Assembly: GCF_036321535.1 (NCBI RefSeq)
Contig: NC_087436.1
Location: 120,344,001 to 120,408,000 of the forward strand
Direction of reading: 5' to 3'
From: Camelus dromedarius
Lineage: Eukaryota
Length of the DNA stretch: 64,000 nucleotides
Shown: positions 1-13,849 of the stretch, one piece after another
Layout of the letters: each line of letters opens with the position of its first letter
How positions within the stretch are numbered: position 1 is the stretch's first letter
Made by a program: the position numbers and the translations under genes
The notes under the pieces: model-generated
Databases searched by the model: none
The model's input: only the letters and a program-made list of their open reading frames with translations
What the model was told of the DNA's origin: nothing

Positions 1-3000
1 TGGGGAAGCTCTAGGGGGGTCACAAGCATCCACGTGCTCGGAGGAGTAATGGCTCGAGTGAAGACAAGCTGTCATCTTACGGGTTATAAGATCCACAAGT
101 CTGGGCCCCAAATGTGCCCGACAGGTAATCACCGGCCCCTCTCCCTCCTCGGCAAGACCTCAGCCACACATGGCCTCCTTCAGAGCCTGCCCTGCAATTC
201 ATTTTCCCTCCCGCAGAAGCTCTTGGGCACCCAGGGAGACGGCCTTTGCCAAATATAAATGGAAATCGGGTCTCTTTTCTCAAGCAGAGCCAAGTAATCA
301 ATATTGGAATAATTCCACTTCCAGAAACAAAGGGAGTGTGGATCAGGCTGTGCTCAGTGTCACGAGCAGATCTGTCTGCAAGTCTGGGCGCAGCCAATCC
401 ACAAGTGTGGGCGCCTCCTGCAAGGTCATTACACCTGACCTCCAGCTCTCCAGGCCGCTCCCCGCCCCATCCTCCTGTAAAACGAGAACTTGGGACAAGA
501 TGCTGACTTGCCAGGCCAGGGCAAGGGCTGCATTGTGAAATTTCTCTTGTCTGCATGCTTGGGGCCAAGCAGACTTCCAAACGTCCCAGAGAGCAGCCTG
601 CACGTTGTGTGGGCCCACCGCCTTGGGCGTGAGCCCCTGCTCCCTGGCTCCGAGCAGGAAGTGACACCAACACCCGGGTCGCTGCTGCAGAGGGAAGCGC
701 TGTGGGGCGCTGCCGTCCTGATGCCACCCAGGCGGCCAGTGACTGTCCCCACCTACCTCAGGCCACAGATCCCGGCCACTAGTGTCATTCCCCTCCAACT
801 TGCTGCAGCCCCGAGAGTCGGGTGGTGCCGTGGGAAATAAAAGGTTCTATTCCTGGTGTAAACGTCTTTCCCAGAACTGGGGCGGTGAGGGCCGGGCCGC
901 TGCCAGGGTCTCCGTCCTGGCCCGAGCCCCTTCTCTGCATCTCTACGTCTCTCCAGCCTACATGGCACTGAAGCCCGCCCTTGTGACCATCCGCTCCCAG
1001 GACAGCCCCCCTGGCCAGACTGTACTTCCAGAGGGCACTGCCCGACATGGCCCAGTGGGGGCCGGGCAGGGGCCCCAGCCTCCAGGGTGAGCATGTGGCA
1101 TTTGCCGTGGCTCTCACCTCAGAGGCAGCAGGCACACACCTCGTCACCCAGAATCACGGGGCGTCCTCCCCATCCCAGAACCTGAGAGCTACCAGGTTTA
1201 GTAAGATGTGGTAAGTCTCAGAAGAGGCCACGTCTGTCCCAAGCCGTCTGCTCTCTTGAATGAAACAACACACAGGGCCGGGTCTGGGTGGCAAGGGCTC
1301 GAGGGGTGGGCTGCCAAGCCCTGGGTCGTGGGCATCCCTGCTGCGTGGGTAGTGGTGGTGGGGGTGCGCAGGCTTCCAAGCCAGGGGCTGCGCCTCGACC
1401 CCCAGGGGGCTGAAGGAAGGTGCCGCTTCCCTCTGGGGCCTGGCCCTCCCCAGGACAGGCCACCATGCTGATCAAGTGCTTTCTCAGGCTGTGTTTCCAT
1501 CACGTGCTGTCTGTGTTTCTCACTCGGCTGGAAGCGTCAGGAGGGAGGAGCAGCGTCAGGGTCACCTCTGGGGCCCAGCCATGCCCTCAGATGGAAGCAC
1601 TGCCTCTGCTCCCCACCTCGTGGGTGCCGGGCTGGCTGGCTGGCCTGCGCGGCCCAGGGAGAGGGCAGGCTCTGCCGTGAAAGGGGCGTCCTTCCCGGTT
1701 TCGGCCGCCCCAGGCAGAGGCAGGGCCTCGCAAGGGAAACAGGCACTTAGTTGCGGGGTGGGATTCGAGGAGCCACCCCCTCCCTGCAGACTGCTTTCAG
1801 GGGTTCCCCAGGAGATGCCATGGTTAGGAGGCAGGCTGAGGCCCGACTGTCCCACTGTCACCCCCACATCCAGAGCAGAGCCCTTTTGGGGTCTCCTGCC
1901 GGGCTCAGGGGTGCCCACAGAGTGAGGGGAAGGCAGGCAGAAAAGCTCAGAGCAGGGCATCGGTGGGGAGGCAGCCCCCAGGGGCAGGGCAGGAAGGACC
2001 TGCAAGACCCCATTTCCAACAAGACATCCTTCCCAAGGTGCCAGTCTTGGAGGCTGTGGGTCATATTTTGAGCAAAAAAGAGGATAGTTTCTCTAGAAGT
2101 CCCTTTCAGAATGTTGTCCCACACCCCCACGACACCGCCTCCTCCTGGTGACGGTGTCATCCAGTCCAGCCACGCCCCAGCCCAGCCGGCGGAGCAGCAG
2201 CCGGCCACTCGGCGAGGCGAGGTGTGGAGGAGAACCGCAGACCCTCGGACGGCACGTGAACCCAGGCCCGGCCGCGCAGGGAGTGGGGCGGCCCACATTT
2301 CACGCGGGTGGCGAGGGAGGGGAGGGAGCGACACGGAGCTCAGCAGAAGCCAGGAGCTGGGAGGAGGCTGCCTGGGTTCAGATGCGGCTCTCCCACCAGC
2401 TGGGCGCTCCCTCGGGGCAGGTTTCTCAAGGTCACCTGGCCTTCATGTCCCCACCTGTAAAATGGGCAGTCATGGAAGCCACCCTGACAGTGTTGGGAGG
2501 ACTCAGTGGCAGCACTGTCGGGGGCTGCTATTGTAATTGTTACCTCTGTTCTTTTCCATCTGCAAGACAAAAGTTCTTGGGAAAGTGTAACAATCCTCCT
2601 CAACTCCGAAGAACTCAGTGGGGAGACACACACTCTTCAGGGGCGGGGAGGCGGCACGGGGCGCTCCCGGACCCGGGCGCCTCCCCCTTACCAGCCGTGT
2701 GACCTTGGGAAGGTCACGCCTCCTGTCTCAGTCGCTTGCCCTTGTCTGCAAATGGGGAGCAGGAATCCCCATCCCACAGGGACCTGCAGCATTAAAGACA
2801 GAGCCCGGGCAGCCCCGCCGCCCCGCCCGGCGTCGCTGGACACTTCGTGAACGGCGGACGTCGGTCTTTATTAGACATATCGATCAGTCCCCTGAGCTCT
2901 GCTCTGCGGCCGGCGGGGGCTGGGCGCCTGGGCTGCCAGCGCACACCCGGGGTATATTTAGCTCTCTGCTGGAGCCCTGCTGGGGCAAGGTTCTGGCAGA

Positions 3001-3085
3001 GGATGTGGAATTTCAGACCAGCTCCCAGCTCCTCATCGGCCACAAAGAGCTCCGCTCTATAACAGTAGACTAACTGACCCCAAGA

Positions 3086-3086
<1 letters not shown>

Positions 3087-3130
<44 letters not shown>
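3087..3130 (+). repeat. (CA)22 microsatellite
   Basis: Perfect CA dinucleotide run. Confidence 0.98.
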
Positions 3131-3135
<5 letters not shown>

Positions 3136-3567
3136 AATGCCTGTGTTTGTATCACCACTCACATCAATGCCACTCACAAGCCTAGTTCCGCGGTGGAAGT
3201 CCACCTCCCAAAATAGAGAATGTCGTCCCTGGAGCAGAAGCCGGATGCTGCCAGCGGGGCGGACAGCTGCTCGCGCATCAAGCCTCTTGAGCCCCAGTGC
3301 CGAACAAAACCCCGTCCCCCACACAGCCCTAAAATGAGTAAGCAGGGGCAAGAAAGCGGCCAAGCACTAGGTGAAAAGGGGCAGTTGTCCATAACTCTTG
3401 AATTTTTATCTACTTTCTCCCAGTGTGTTGTTTTCCTGCATATTCTGCAGATGAAACTGTGTATACAATTGTGACCTTACATTCTTTGTTCATCACCGGC
3501 ATGGACACGTGCGTTGTACTAGTCTGTCACAAGCCTTTTAATGACTGCATAATACTCCATCTTTTAT

Positions 3568-4030
3568 CATCAGTTCCAAGTGTCGTCTAGGAACCCTGGG
3601 GTCCCCAAGACCCTAGCAGGGTGCCGGTGGGGTCAAAGCCATGTTCATAATTGAACTGAGATATTATTTTCCTCTGTTGCTCCCTCTCTCCCCAGTGCAC
3701 AGCAGAGTTTTCCAGAGGCTCCGTGACATGTGGCATCCCAGCTGACAGAACACAGGCCGGATGCAAGCTCCAGCCACCGACTATTAAGTCAGACGTTAAT
3801 GAGATCTGCAAAACTGTACAGCAATGCCATTCTGTTCTCTGGAAACGCCCGTACATTAACATACAAAGGGCTATTATTCTAACTCAGTGAATGAAATACG
3901 ATTAAAAATTCACCATTTTGAAGTCTGCTACAGTAAAGATCAGTAAATACAATGCACTTAAAAGCTCTTTGGGGTCCTCAGTAATTCTGAGTGAGGGGGT
4001 CCTAAGCCCCCGAAGTCGAAGAAAGGCTGC
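3568..4030. mobile_element. hAT-Charlie DNA transposon relic (Charlie1-like, deleted)
   Basis: ccctggggtccccaagaccct..ggtcaaagccatgttcataat, agttttccagaggct, ctattaagtcagacgttaa..gatctgcaaaa, aaaagctctttggggtcctcagtaatt. Confidence 0.65.
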
Positions 4031-4421
4031 TGCAGACGGACGGTGATTTACTGACCCAGTGTCCGTGGCTGAACACGCCCCCTGCAGAGCACGTGACCCT
4101 GCAGTGGACAACCTTTCACCCAAAACTCACATCTGTGTTTCAGAACCCTTCTCTGGAAGATTCCCAGAAGCAGCCTTCTCCGACCAAAGGCTCGAATGCA
4201 CTTGAGGCTCAGTGCGCCTCGCCTGACTGCTCCCCTGGAGACTGCGCGCATGGTAGTCAGCGTCCCTGATGGCGCCTAGCTCGGGGGCTGGGGATGTTTA
4301 CAGCGAGCTGGCTTAGCAGTAACAGCTGTAAGAGTAACACCCTTCTCGCAGACCCTCAGCTCTTCCAGAGCCCCCACGGTGGGGGGAAAGGTGAGTCCCA
4401 GAATGTCTGAGAAGCTGCCTG

Positions 4422-4925
4422 GGGTGTGCTGAATAACATGCCCCCCGAAATACATCTACGTTCTAATACTGAGGACCTGTGAGCGTGACCTTATACGGTT
4501 AAAAGGTGGGCTGGTCTTTGCAGGTGGGATACGGTAAAGGACCTGGAGCGGGAGAGAGTCTCCTGAAATTCCAGGTGGGCCCTAAATGTAGTCACAAGCA
4601 CCCTAGGGAGGCGGAGGAAGATGGGACCGCACACACGGAGGAGGAGGCACGTGAGGATGGGCTGGAGAGGGGTGTGAAGGCGCCGAAGGTGCCGGCCTTG
4701 AGGCCGGTGATGCAGCCACAAGCCAAGGAGTGCTGGCAGCCACTGACGCCGGAGGGGCCGGGAGTGGATTCTCCGCAGCGCCTCTGGAGGAGGCACAGCC
4801 TGGCAACACCTTGACTTCAGCCCAGTGACGTGGGTTCTGGGGTTGGCCTCTAGAACTGTGAGAGAGTAAATTACTGTTGTTTTAAGCCCGAGGTTTAAGG
4901 TCCTTGGTGACAGCAGCCCTCTTAC
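4422..4925 (+). mobile_element. MaLR LTR (MLT1D/E-like)
   Basis: gctgaataa..ccccc, gggccctaaatg, agccaaggagtgc, ggcctctagaactgtgagagagtaaatt..gttgttttaagcc. Confidence 0.8.
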
Positions 4926-6319
4926 TGGACAGCCCCAGGATGGAGGCTGACTCCTCCTTTGCCAACCCCACGGCCTCTCCGACAGATGGGGGCCGATGGA
5001 GGACGGGCAGAGGCCGCAGTGATGGGGGCAGCACAAGGCTCTCAAGTGGCAGCCCCGGGCCCCGCAGGGTGGCAGAGGGGCCCAGCCTGGCCAGCGGGCC
5101 GGGAATCAGTCGGCAGGGTGAGAGGGCCAGCAGGGGACAGCAGGCAAGGCAGCAAGCAGTGAGGTCCAGCGGGGTGGGGGTCTGGCCCAAGGATTCCGGA
5201 GGCAGCCCAGGGGAGGGTGGGCAGTGCCACCCTTCAACCTTAGCACTCAGACCCTCCCCACACCTGATCTGCACCCCCTGCTCGATGCTGCACCCCACAC
5301 CTGCACCCCTGGGAGGCAGCCAGGGAGGCACTGGGCTGGACGCTGGGCTTTTTCAAACCTATCATGTTTCCTGATTTCCACAGCATGTCGGGGATGTGCC
5401 CAAGGGACCCGATGCTTGTAACTCTGCACCCCACAACTGCTCCCCAAGCACTTGGCAGATGAGGCCCGATCTCAGAGCTGGAGGAGAACCACTGGATCAG
5501 GTCCACTGACGAGAAGTGTCACAGAGGGTCCTGAGGGCCAGGAGCCAGCGTGGCTCCCTCGCTCCAACCATGCTGGATGGTCTGCGGATCCTCATAGGCC
5601 CCTCGCTTCCCCACTGCCCGCCTGTGCTTGTACCGGGCCTTCCGACCCCCTGGGCACCACTCACGTGGGAGCGCCCGAGTGACACAGTCTCACTCCCCTG
5701 GGCTCCCCGCACATCTAGGGGCATCAGACTGTGCTCTCTCCAGGGATGAGCTGGCAGAGTGTGTGGTTTCAGGACCGGCAGATGTGGATGACTCAAAGCC
5801 CCACACACATCCGGGGTTCAGGTGCTGGCTCCGGGAACAGCAGAGGGAAGCCCCCTCACATCTAAGAGGGTTATGCCAGCAGGAGGCCATGAGGGTTTTG
5901 GACCTGGGAACTCGCCAGGCTAGAATCCTGGCTGTCAAGTTACCAGGCACATCCCTGAGGTCCAGCCTCAGTTTCCCTGTCAGTAACCCGCAAACAATTA
6001 GGGGTAGCACTCGGAATGTTCAGAAAAGTCTGGACACGTCCCCTAGTCAGGAGGGGTACAGCCACGTGGTGCGCCGGCCAGGTCCTGAGTCGGGTGACCC
6101 CAGGCCCCGGCGGCGTGAGGCCGCAGCACCGAGTGGGCGGTTCTCCATGATGCTGTCTCCTCCTCGACCCTCGCAGGTGCTCAGTGACCTTCCTCGAGCC
6201 AGAAGCCGGGAAGGGCAGGAGCCCCGGCTGCCCATGTGCCCTGAAATGACACCGCATCACGTCCCTCAGAGGTTGCGGAACAACCTTCTGTTTGCAAAAT
6301 AAGGCCGCCTGCCTCCCTT

Positions 6320-6573
6320 GACTCAAGACACCTTCCTGCATCTTCTCTCCTCTGACCTCTGCTTCCGTCATCGCACCGCTTGTCTCTGACCCTCCTGCCT
6401 CCTCCTTGGAAGGACCCTTGCAGTGAAATAGGCCCCACTGCATAATCTCATTGCAAGATCTTTGGTTTAATCGCATCCTCAAAATCCCTTCTGCCATGTA
6501 AGGTGACACAGTCACAGATTCTAGGGATCAGAACAGGGACATCACTGGGGGGCTGTTGTTCAGCGCCACCCAC
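6320..6573 (-). mobile_element. MaLR LTR fragment (MLT1D-like)
   Basis: aaggacccttg, tttaatcgcatc, ctgccatgtaaggtgacacagtcacagattctagggatcag. Confidence 0.75.
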
Positions 6574-8776
6574 AGCATCTGAGATGAGGCATTTCAGAGA
6601 GGGGCAGTGCCTAGCCCCAGGCCACACAGCAGCCAGGACCAGACACAAGTCCTCTGCGGGACCCTGGGCTCTGTCTCCTGCCCACCGGTCCTGGGTGGGG
6701 AGGGCCCTAAAGGAGTGGAGGAAATAGTCATGGACGTTCTAGTGGGAGCGTGGGAGACAGAGGAGGACAAGGAATTCCAGGATTGAGGGGAGGGGAGGGC
6801 GGGAGAAGGTGGCAGGAGAAACACGAGCAATAGCGTCTGGGGGTCAGCAGCAAGGGCACGGCCCTGCACACGGCCGGTGCTCAAAAAATAGTTGCTGACA
6901 GAGTGAACACGCATTGCTCACGGGACGGCCGTGAGCCCCGGAGGGGCTGCTGACGCCTGGCAACAGAGGCGGCCCTGATCCAGGCTGAGGCTGGGCCACA
7001 TCTGGTCTGCTATGGGGGACACTGTGGGTTCTGCGGCTGTGCGGTGACACCGGCCCGCACCCCGCCTCTCGGCTCCCCCGCCGTAGCTGTACATAGTGCA
7101 GTGTGGGGTTCAGGACCCCACACACCAGGACCAGGCCTCTGCCCCAGAAGACAAGAGCCCTAGAGTCCCACCCTTGGTGAGACGGCTCTGAGGACGCTCT
7201 GCAGGGGCCCCCCAGCAGGACCGCGCCCCAGCGGCCCACAGAGGCCACCCTCCCATCCAAATGCCCCGTTCCTCCCCGACCACTTATGCTTCCTGGGACC
7301 ACTTTCCAGATAAACCACCTGCACCCACATCCCTGTCACTTGGAACTTAAATGGAGACAGCTGCAGGGCAAGGGGCTTGGACCATCTTGGAGCATCTGAA
7401 ACTCGGCTGCCAAACTGAAGTGGGGGCCACGGGGCGGTCTTTGCAATTCTTCCTTCTTGGAACTTCACGTCCAACTGCAGCACCAACTGGGGCCTTGGAG
7501 ATAGAACTTTACAGCAAGATCCTGGGGCCGAGGAAGTCCAAGCAGAAGCAGCAGGGTCAGAGGGAGCCTGGCTGGGAGCCCTTGAGCCAGGATACAAGCA
7601 AACAGACCAGGAGGCTGAGCATGAAGCAGGGACCCAAGCTGCATCCCTCACTCACCCTCATGGTGCACCTGTCAGGAGGCAGCCTGTGTAGATGCTGGAG
7701 GGGAGGGTCCACACAGCCCAGCCCAGCCCAGCCCTGAGGACAGACACCCAGCGGGGACCGCCCAGAGTGTTGCACTGCAGTGACACTGGGTGTTGGCTTC
7801 TTGGTGTGCTGGCTGGAATCAGATTGCCGGATCACGTCTCCAACTTCTCATTGTGTGCATGAAGAAACCCAAGCCCCAGGACATCCAACGTGCCTGCTAC
7901 GTGCAAGAGACAGGTGGAGCCCCACAGAACGCAGCCCTGGTGAGGCTCCGAGCTGGGACTGAAAGCCCAAATACCCTCCTCGTGAGGCCGATACCACCGC
8001 TAATGACCAGGAGTGGGCAGCTTTCTGGGGGATGGGCTTCTCCTGGCCCTGGGCCCTGGGCAGGAGGTGTAAACAGGACCCCTTGGACTGGGCGGGGGAG
8101 GGAGCAGAACCACAAGTAGAGGAAGAGCTGCGAGCCGCCGAGGTGTAAGCTGATGCCACAGGGGACCTTGCAGGGTGCAGCCTCAGGTTTGCCCAGAGCC
8201 CTGGGGAGTGCGTGCAGCTGTGACGGAAAACCGCCCCAGGCCCTTGACGCCACGGCTGTGAGCAGTCCTGGAAAAGCGAGCGCTGTTGTCTCCACCCTGC
8301 AGGCGGGGAAACCAAGGCAAAGAGCAGCTCGGCAAACCGGCTGCGGGGGCGCGCCGGCAGGTGACAGCTGCGCCTGGAGCCCAGGCGTCCGGACCCCAAA
8401 GCCACTGGCTGCTACCTTCCAAGACATCAAGACCACCTCCCCCGTTGCTTAGAAATTTTCAGCCAAAGCAAAGTGGCGCATGAAACCCCCGAACACGTCA
8501 TTTACAACAGAACCTGTTAAGTACGCGCCTGGCTGTCCCCTAGCCTGGAAGCCCACCGCGGGCAGAAGGTACCCCCAGGGCTTGTGGTGGCTGAACCAAA
8601 GGAAAAGTGAGGGCCAGAGACCTCAAAGCACACCCTGCACCCGCCGCAGCCCTTCCCGTGGACACGGGCCCAGCCGCTCTCCCGGCGTGGGTGCCGGGCG
8701 GGCATCCATAGGCGTCACTTCCTGGGGCCGTTGAGGAGAAGCCTCCGCACACCTTGGCCCCGGTGCAAAGGGCAAA

Positions 8777-8816
8777 GTGCCCCCCCCCGTGAAATTGTGC
8801 CCCCCCGTGAAATTGT
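8777..8816 (+). repeat. Short tandem duplication (about 19 bp)
   Basis: gtgccccccc(cc)gtgaaatt occurs twice. Confidence 0.85.
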
Positions 8817-11800
8817 CAGACGAGGCCCACGTGGCACAGAAGGGTGGTCTGAGCCCCCGGGGCTAACATGGCTTGTTTCTCTGAAACAACGGCTGAAAGT
8901 CAAACTCAGAAGATCTCTGGGGACAGCAGGTGGGGGTGGGCAGGGCTATCAGAAGAAAGCAGGTCACACCCCTGGGGATGACGGTGGGCCCCATTTTTAC
9001 AGGCAGGTCCACTGAGGCCCACAGAGGGGAGTCGGCTCACCCAAGGTCACACAGCCCCGGCAGGTGGGGCTCAGGCACTGATGGGACCGGTTGATGCCGG
9101 AGGAGCTGGCCCGGGGACTGGGGGCCAGGCTGGAGAGGCCTGGGTCAGAAGTGATGCTGCTTCCAGCAGGAACGACAGCTCTGGAAGGCCTCAAGGATGC
9201 GGCAGAGGGGAGAGCTGGGGCTAGGAGTCAAGGTTACAGGGAGGCAGGAGCTTGATCTGGTCAAAGTCTCTCATGGTCTGAGCTGCTGGAGGGTGGATTC
9301 CTGGGTCTGCACCATGACCCCAGGCAGGAGCCCTACTGGAGGCAGAGGAAGGAGCACACGCTCGGGGGCAGACAGAGCTGGGCTGGGTCTGGCTCTGCCT
9401 TCCTGGACACGGGTGGGCAGGTGCCGCACCTGGAAGGGGGAACATGCTTTAGAGCTCAGGTGAGAAGACGGGTTGGAGCCCCTCACTCACACTAGAAAGC
9501 ATTACTGTGATGCCCCAGGGGGCCAAGGCTTACACACCCCAACACCCAGCCACACATTACGAAGCTGCCTTCGCAGCCGGCTAACATGGAGGGGACAGGC
9601 AACGCCCACCCAGCTGGGGACACGTCTGGGCACACCAGGGTTCAAATCCGACTATGTCATTTACAAATGGTGTGACATGATTGCCAGGCACCTGACCAGC
9701 CCTCCTGGGCGTCTGCTTCTCCATCTGCGGGTGGGGACACCCCAGCAGCTCTGAGAAGGATCCCAGGGGCACTGAGGTGGCTGGTGCAGGGCCCAAGGGA
9801 GAACCCATGACCACAGCTGCCTGACACTGAAGTCGGGTGCTGCTCGACACCTTAGAGACCTCGGTGATGGAAACATCCCTGAGTAAACAGAGACGCTGCA
9901 CTCCGGTTGCTCCGCCCCACATCCGAGCGCCCAAGGCCACTGCTCAGGGCAGCCTATCACTCACATCTGACCAGCCCCCTCAGTAGCTCTCGAGGTCACG
10001 GAATCATCATCAAAAAATACCAGCTGCCATCTGAACCCCGCCCCAGTTTTCCTGTCACAATTATGTTGACTGCTTTTCTATCCCCTCCCGCGTGCCAGGG
10101 CTTGGCACCTCCGGTCCCTACGGAGACCCCACGGAGAGGCGGCATCGGGAGCACAGGGAGGGAAGAAGACACTCCCCTGCCAGCAGGCGGCAGACCTGGG
10201 GTCCGAGCCCAAGGGACTCGAGCGCAGGAAAGGCCGAGGCAGGGACATTGTGAGGGGCGCAAGGAAGCCGCACGTCTGTGCAGAGCAGGGACCGTGCCGT
10301 CTGGGCTCTGGGCCCGGGCACCGGGTGGGCAGCTGAGCCCTGGCAGCTGGCCTGGCCCTGAGGACCTGTGGCCGGACAGACCCTCCTCCACAGGCGGGAC
10401 CCCTCCGGCCTCTCGCTCCACCATGAGTCTTGCCGGTTTCCTCTCGCCAGCTCACAGCTCTCCCACAATCCAGACGATGCTCTGGGCAGTCAGGGCGTCA
10501 GACAGGTGACTTCAGACAGGCGACTTCTCCATAGTGAGGGTCACACTCCCTCTTCTGGGACAGTTAAGATTGGACTTCGTTATGAGTTCACCAGAATCAG
10601 GCTTGGGTCTAGAAAATACGCCATCTACCCCCACACTACCTCATCAACAGAAACCATAAAAAACCGGAGAATCTTGGGTGGCAAGTTAGGAAGTGACCCT
10701 GGACCCCTGGATGTGAGGGACAAACAGTTCGGAGCTCAGGATGCCCAGGCTGAGCTGGAGAATGCTCGCTGGTTCTTGGGCCATCCTTTTCAGATGCAAT
10801 TTCAGATGAATTTCTGGGTCAGGACGATATGTCTTCTGTCGAACCTAATTCACACGGGATCACACATAGAAACTGGGCACCAGTGCCACTACCTGCGTCA
10901 AAATCCGCACACTGCCAACTGGGACACCTCCCCCCCAACCAAGGACAGAGGCCCCCGAGGGCGGAATTGCCAGACCTTTCCCCGAGTCACGGACTCCCAA
11001 ACCAGCATGCGCCTGCCGGGGACCTAGAAGCAACGCCTTCCTGTTTCAGTTGACTTTTTGTTGAATAAGGAAAGGACATGCAGTGAAGAAAACTGGGGAT
11101 GTCATGGAAAATATAAAAATGCAGATGGGGGGCGCCTGGCTTTTCCCCCGCCTCCAACCCAGGAGGACCCCGTGGACATCGTGACGCACTTCCTTCTAGT
11201 CTCCACTGTTTTGCAGAGTTAAGGTCATACCGGATACACAGTTTTTGTCCTCAGCTGTTTTCTAAATTAAGCTTTTTTCCAGCACTTTCTCCTAACGTGA
11301 AAACCTCCCATCACCCAGTGAACTCAGATGCTCCTGCCACCCCAGAGAGCATGTTTCAGGAGGACACAGATGTTGTTCGCTCTCATCTGTGGCGCACCTG
11401 GAGCTGTGCTTGGCACACAGTAGGCCTTCAGTAAACACCTGTCGCCTGGAGGAATGATGGCGTGGCTGACTAATATCCCATGGCTCCCCTCCACGTTCAG
11501 CCAGTTTCTGACTTTCTGCTGAGCTTAGGAATGCCAAGGTGAATGTCTCTGTGGCTACAGGAGAGACACACTTGGATCAGAAATGTGTCTCTGTTCTGGA
11601 TGCCGGCGCTGTGCCAACCAGAGCAGGGGACCAGGACTCAGGCTCCGCCTCTGCGCATGCTCTCCTGGACCCCGGATGCTGCCTTCTCCTCCCTGGGACT
11701 CGAGTTCCCCTCTAGGTGGGTGGCTTTGGACTGGAGCATCGTTCATGTTCCTTCCAGCCCTGTGGTCCTGACACAGCCACCATGGGAAGAGAAAACAGCT

Positions 11801-11837
11801 GAGCTGGCCAGCAGCTCTCCACCGGACCCTGTGCTCC

Positions 11838-12120
11838 TGTTTTGGGCTGAACTGCATCCCCTCTAAATCCATAATCCAACATGACGGGTGTCCTTATAAG
11901 CAGAGATTAGGACACAGGCACACAGAGGGAAGATCATGTGAGGACACAGGGAGGACATGGCCATTTACAAGGCAAGGAGAGAGGCCTCAGAAGAAACCAA
12001 CCCTGCCCACACCCTGATCTCAGGCTTCTGGCCTCCAGAAGTGTGAGAAGATAAATTTCTGTCATTCATGCTGCACGGTCTGTAGTTACTTTGCTAGGGC
12101 AGCCCTAGCCGACTAACACA
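11838..12120 (+). mobile_element. MaLR LTR (MLT1A/B-like), internally deleted
   Basis: 5' end tgttttgggctgaactg, gtccttataag, gagaggcctcagaagaaaccaaccctgc, ggcctccagaagtgtgag, 3' end gcagccctagccgactaacaca. Confidence 0.82.
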
Positions 12121-13849
12121 CCCCCACCTACCACGAACCTCTGATCACCGAGGGGAATCCTACCTGCCAGACATGTAGGCTCAAAGAGAGCATGCGCCAG
12201 GTGCCCAGCGGGGGCAGAGCTGCCACAGAGCCCCTCCAGTGCAGGTTCAGTCCTCTGCCCCACCTTGCCCTGCCGTGACCATGTGGGCTGTGATGTTATG
12301 AAGCCACGCCCACACTCACCAGCCCTGCACACAGAGCTAAAGGCTTCCTCGCCATACCGCAGGGAAATTGAGGCCCAGGAATCTCACAGCTAGCATGCTC
12401 AATTTGGATGCAGGCCTCTCTGATGCAGAATGCCCTCTCCTTCCACCTCGCCCTGGTGCGACTTAAACAGTTTCTCTGGCCACTTGAAATCAACAATGTG
12501 ACAAAACAAGCAGGCAACTGCATGCGGCCATACCAGAGCCATCGCAAAGGCACCCTGTGTCACCAGATGGAAGAAAGACACACCTGCAGCCCTGATGGTA
12601 TAAAGGGGAGCCTCCCACCCAGGGTGCTTGCACAGGTCGCCTCAGGCTCTGACCATCCGGCTCGTCTGGGCAGCTGGAAACTGGACCATGTGATCCCAGC
12701 CACACGTGCTGGTGCTGAGCTCCGGAATGATGCCAGCCTTCTGCGGGGAGGGCTGTCAAGGGACCAGACAGCTGTGTGACTAATCAGCTGGAGACAGGTC
12801 TCCAGGTGGAGAGGAGCGCAGGCCCACTGCCGGTTGCAAAGGGCTGGATTAACTCAGGAAGGCTGAGGTTTACTGCCCGTTACAAGCTCCTGAGGGAGGA
12901 CCTATCATGTGTGGGATTTCTCACTCATACCTCCTCCTCTCCAGGAACCAGCAATACTGCTTTACACACCAGGAAAGCCAAGCTCAGGAAGGTACCGTGA
13001 TGTGTTCCGGACCACCGGGTGGACAAACTCCAGGCTCCTAGCTCTTTCTGACTATGATCCCCCATGGCCTCTGGTGCTCACGCACCCCTTCTCCCAGGAC
13101 AACCACAAACAAAGAGGGAGAACGCCAGTGCTCCTTTCCAGGGCTCCCCCTGATTACAGGAGAGACCAGAGGTATCAATTACAGCCACAGAAAGCCTAAA
13201 ATTACCCTGCCTGCATCCCGCCATTATCCCCACCTGCCATTAGATAAATGTGTCTGGAGGCTCTGCCAAGTCTCAGGGTGCCCTGCTTCCCAGCCACCTC
13301 CAGAAAACAGGTTGGACATTTCAGAAATCCTCTTCTAGAGCTTTCTGCCTCCCACAGCCTGCCACTTGCTCTCAGCCACCCTCCCAACTCCCACTGCCAA
13401 TGTGGTCTCTCCTTCCTCAACTGGGGAGGAGGGACGGTTTCCCCCTGGGAGGGGGGCCCCTGGAAACATACCGCCCCCAAGCAGAGAGCACACAACACAG
13501 TAAGGCCCCCCAAATGCACACACCCTCCCCAGTCCAACTACCCCCTGGGGAAACATCTGTCCCAATTGGTTTCTGCACCGTGGCCAGGGGCCAGACTGCA
13601 GTCTGTGGCAATAAAAACTCCAGGGAAAGGGCACAGGAGTCAGGCAGCACCCTGAGCTGTGAGTGACTCAAGCCTGGGGAGCCTTGGTCGCACCCTGAAA
13701 AATGGGGTGACAGCCTCTCCCTGCCAGGACAAGCCCTCGGCCCAGGGTCGGACCCAGGAGGCTCTCCAAAGGGGGCTCTGGTAGCTCCACACTCTCTCCA
13801 AGGAGCCTAGGCCCCCCAACTCTAGATCTCAGTTTCCCCAAGCGCACTA

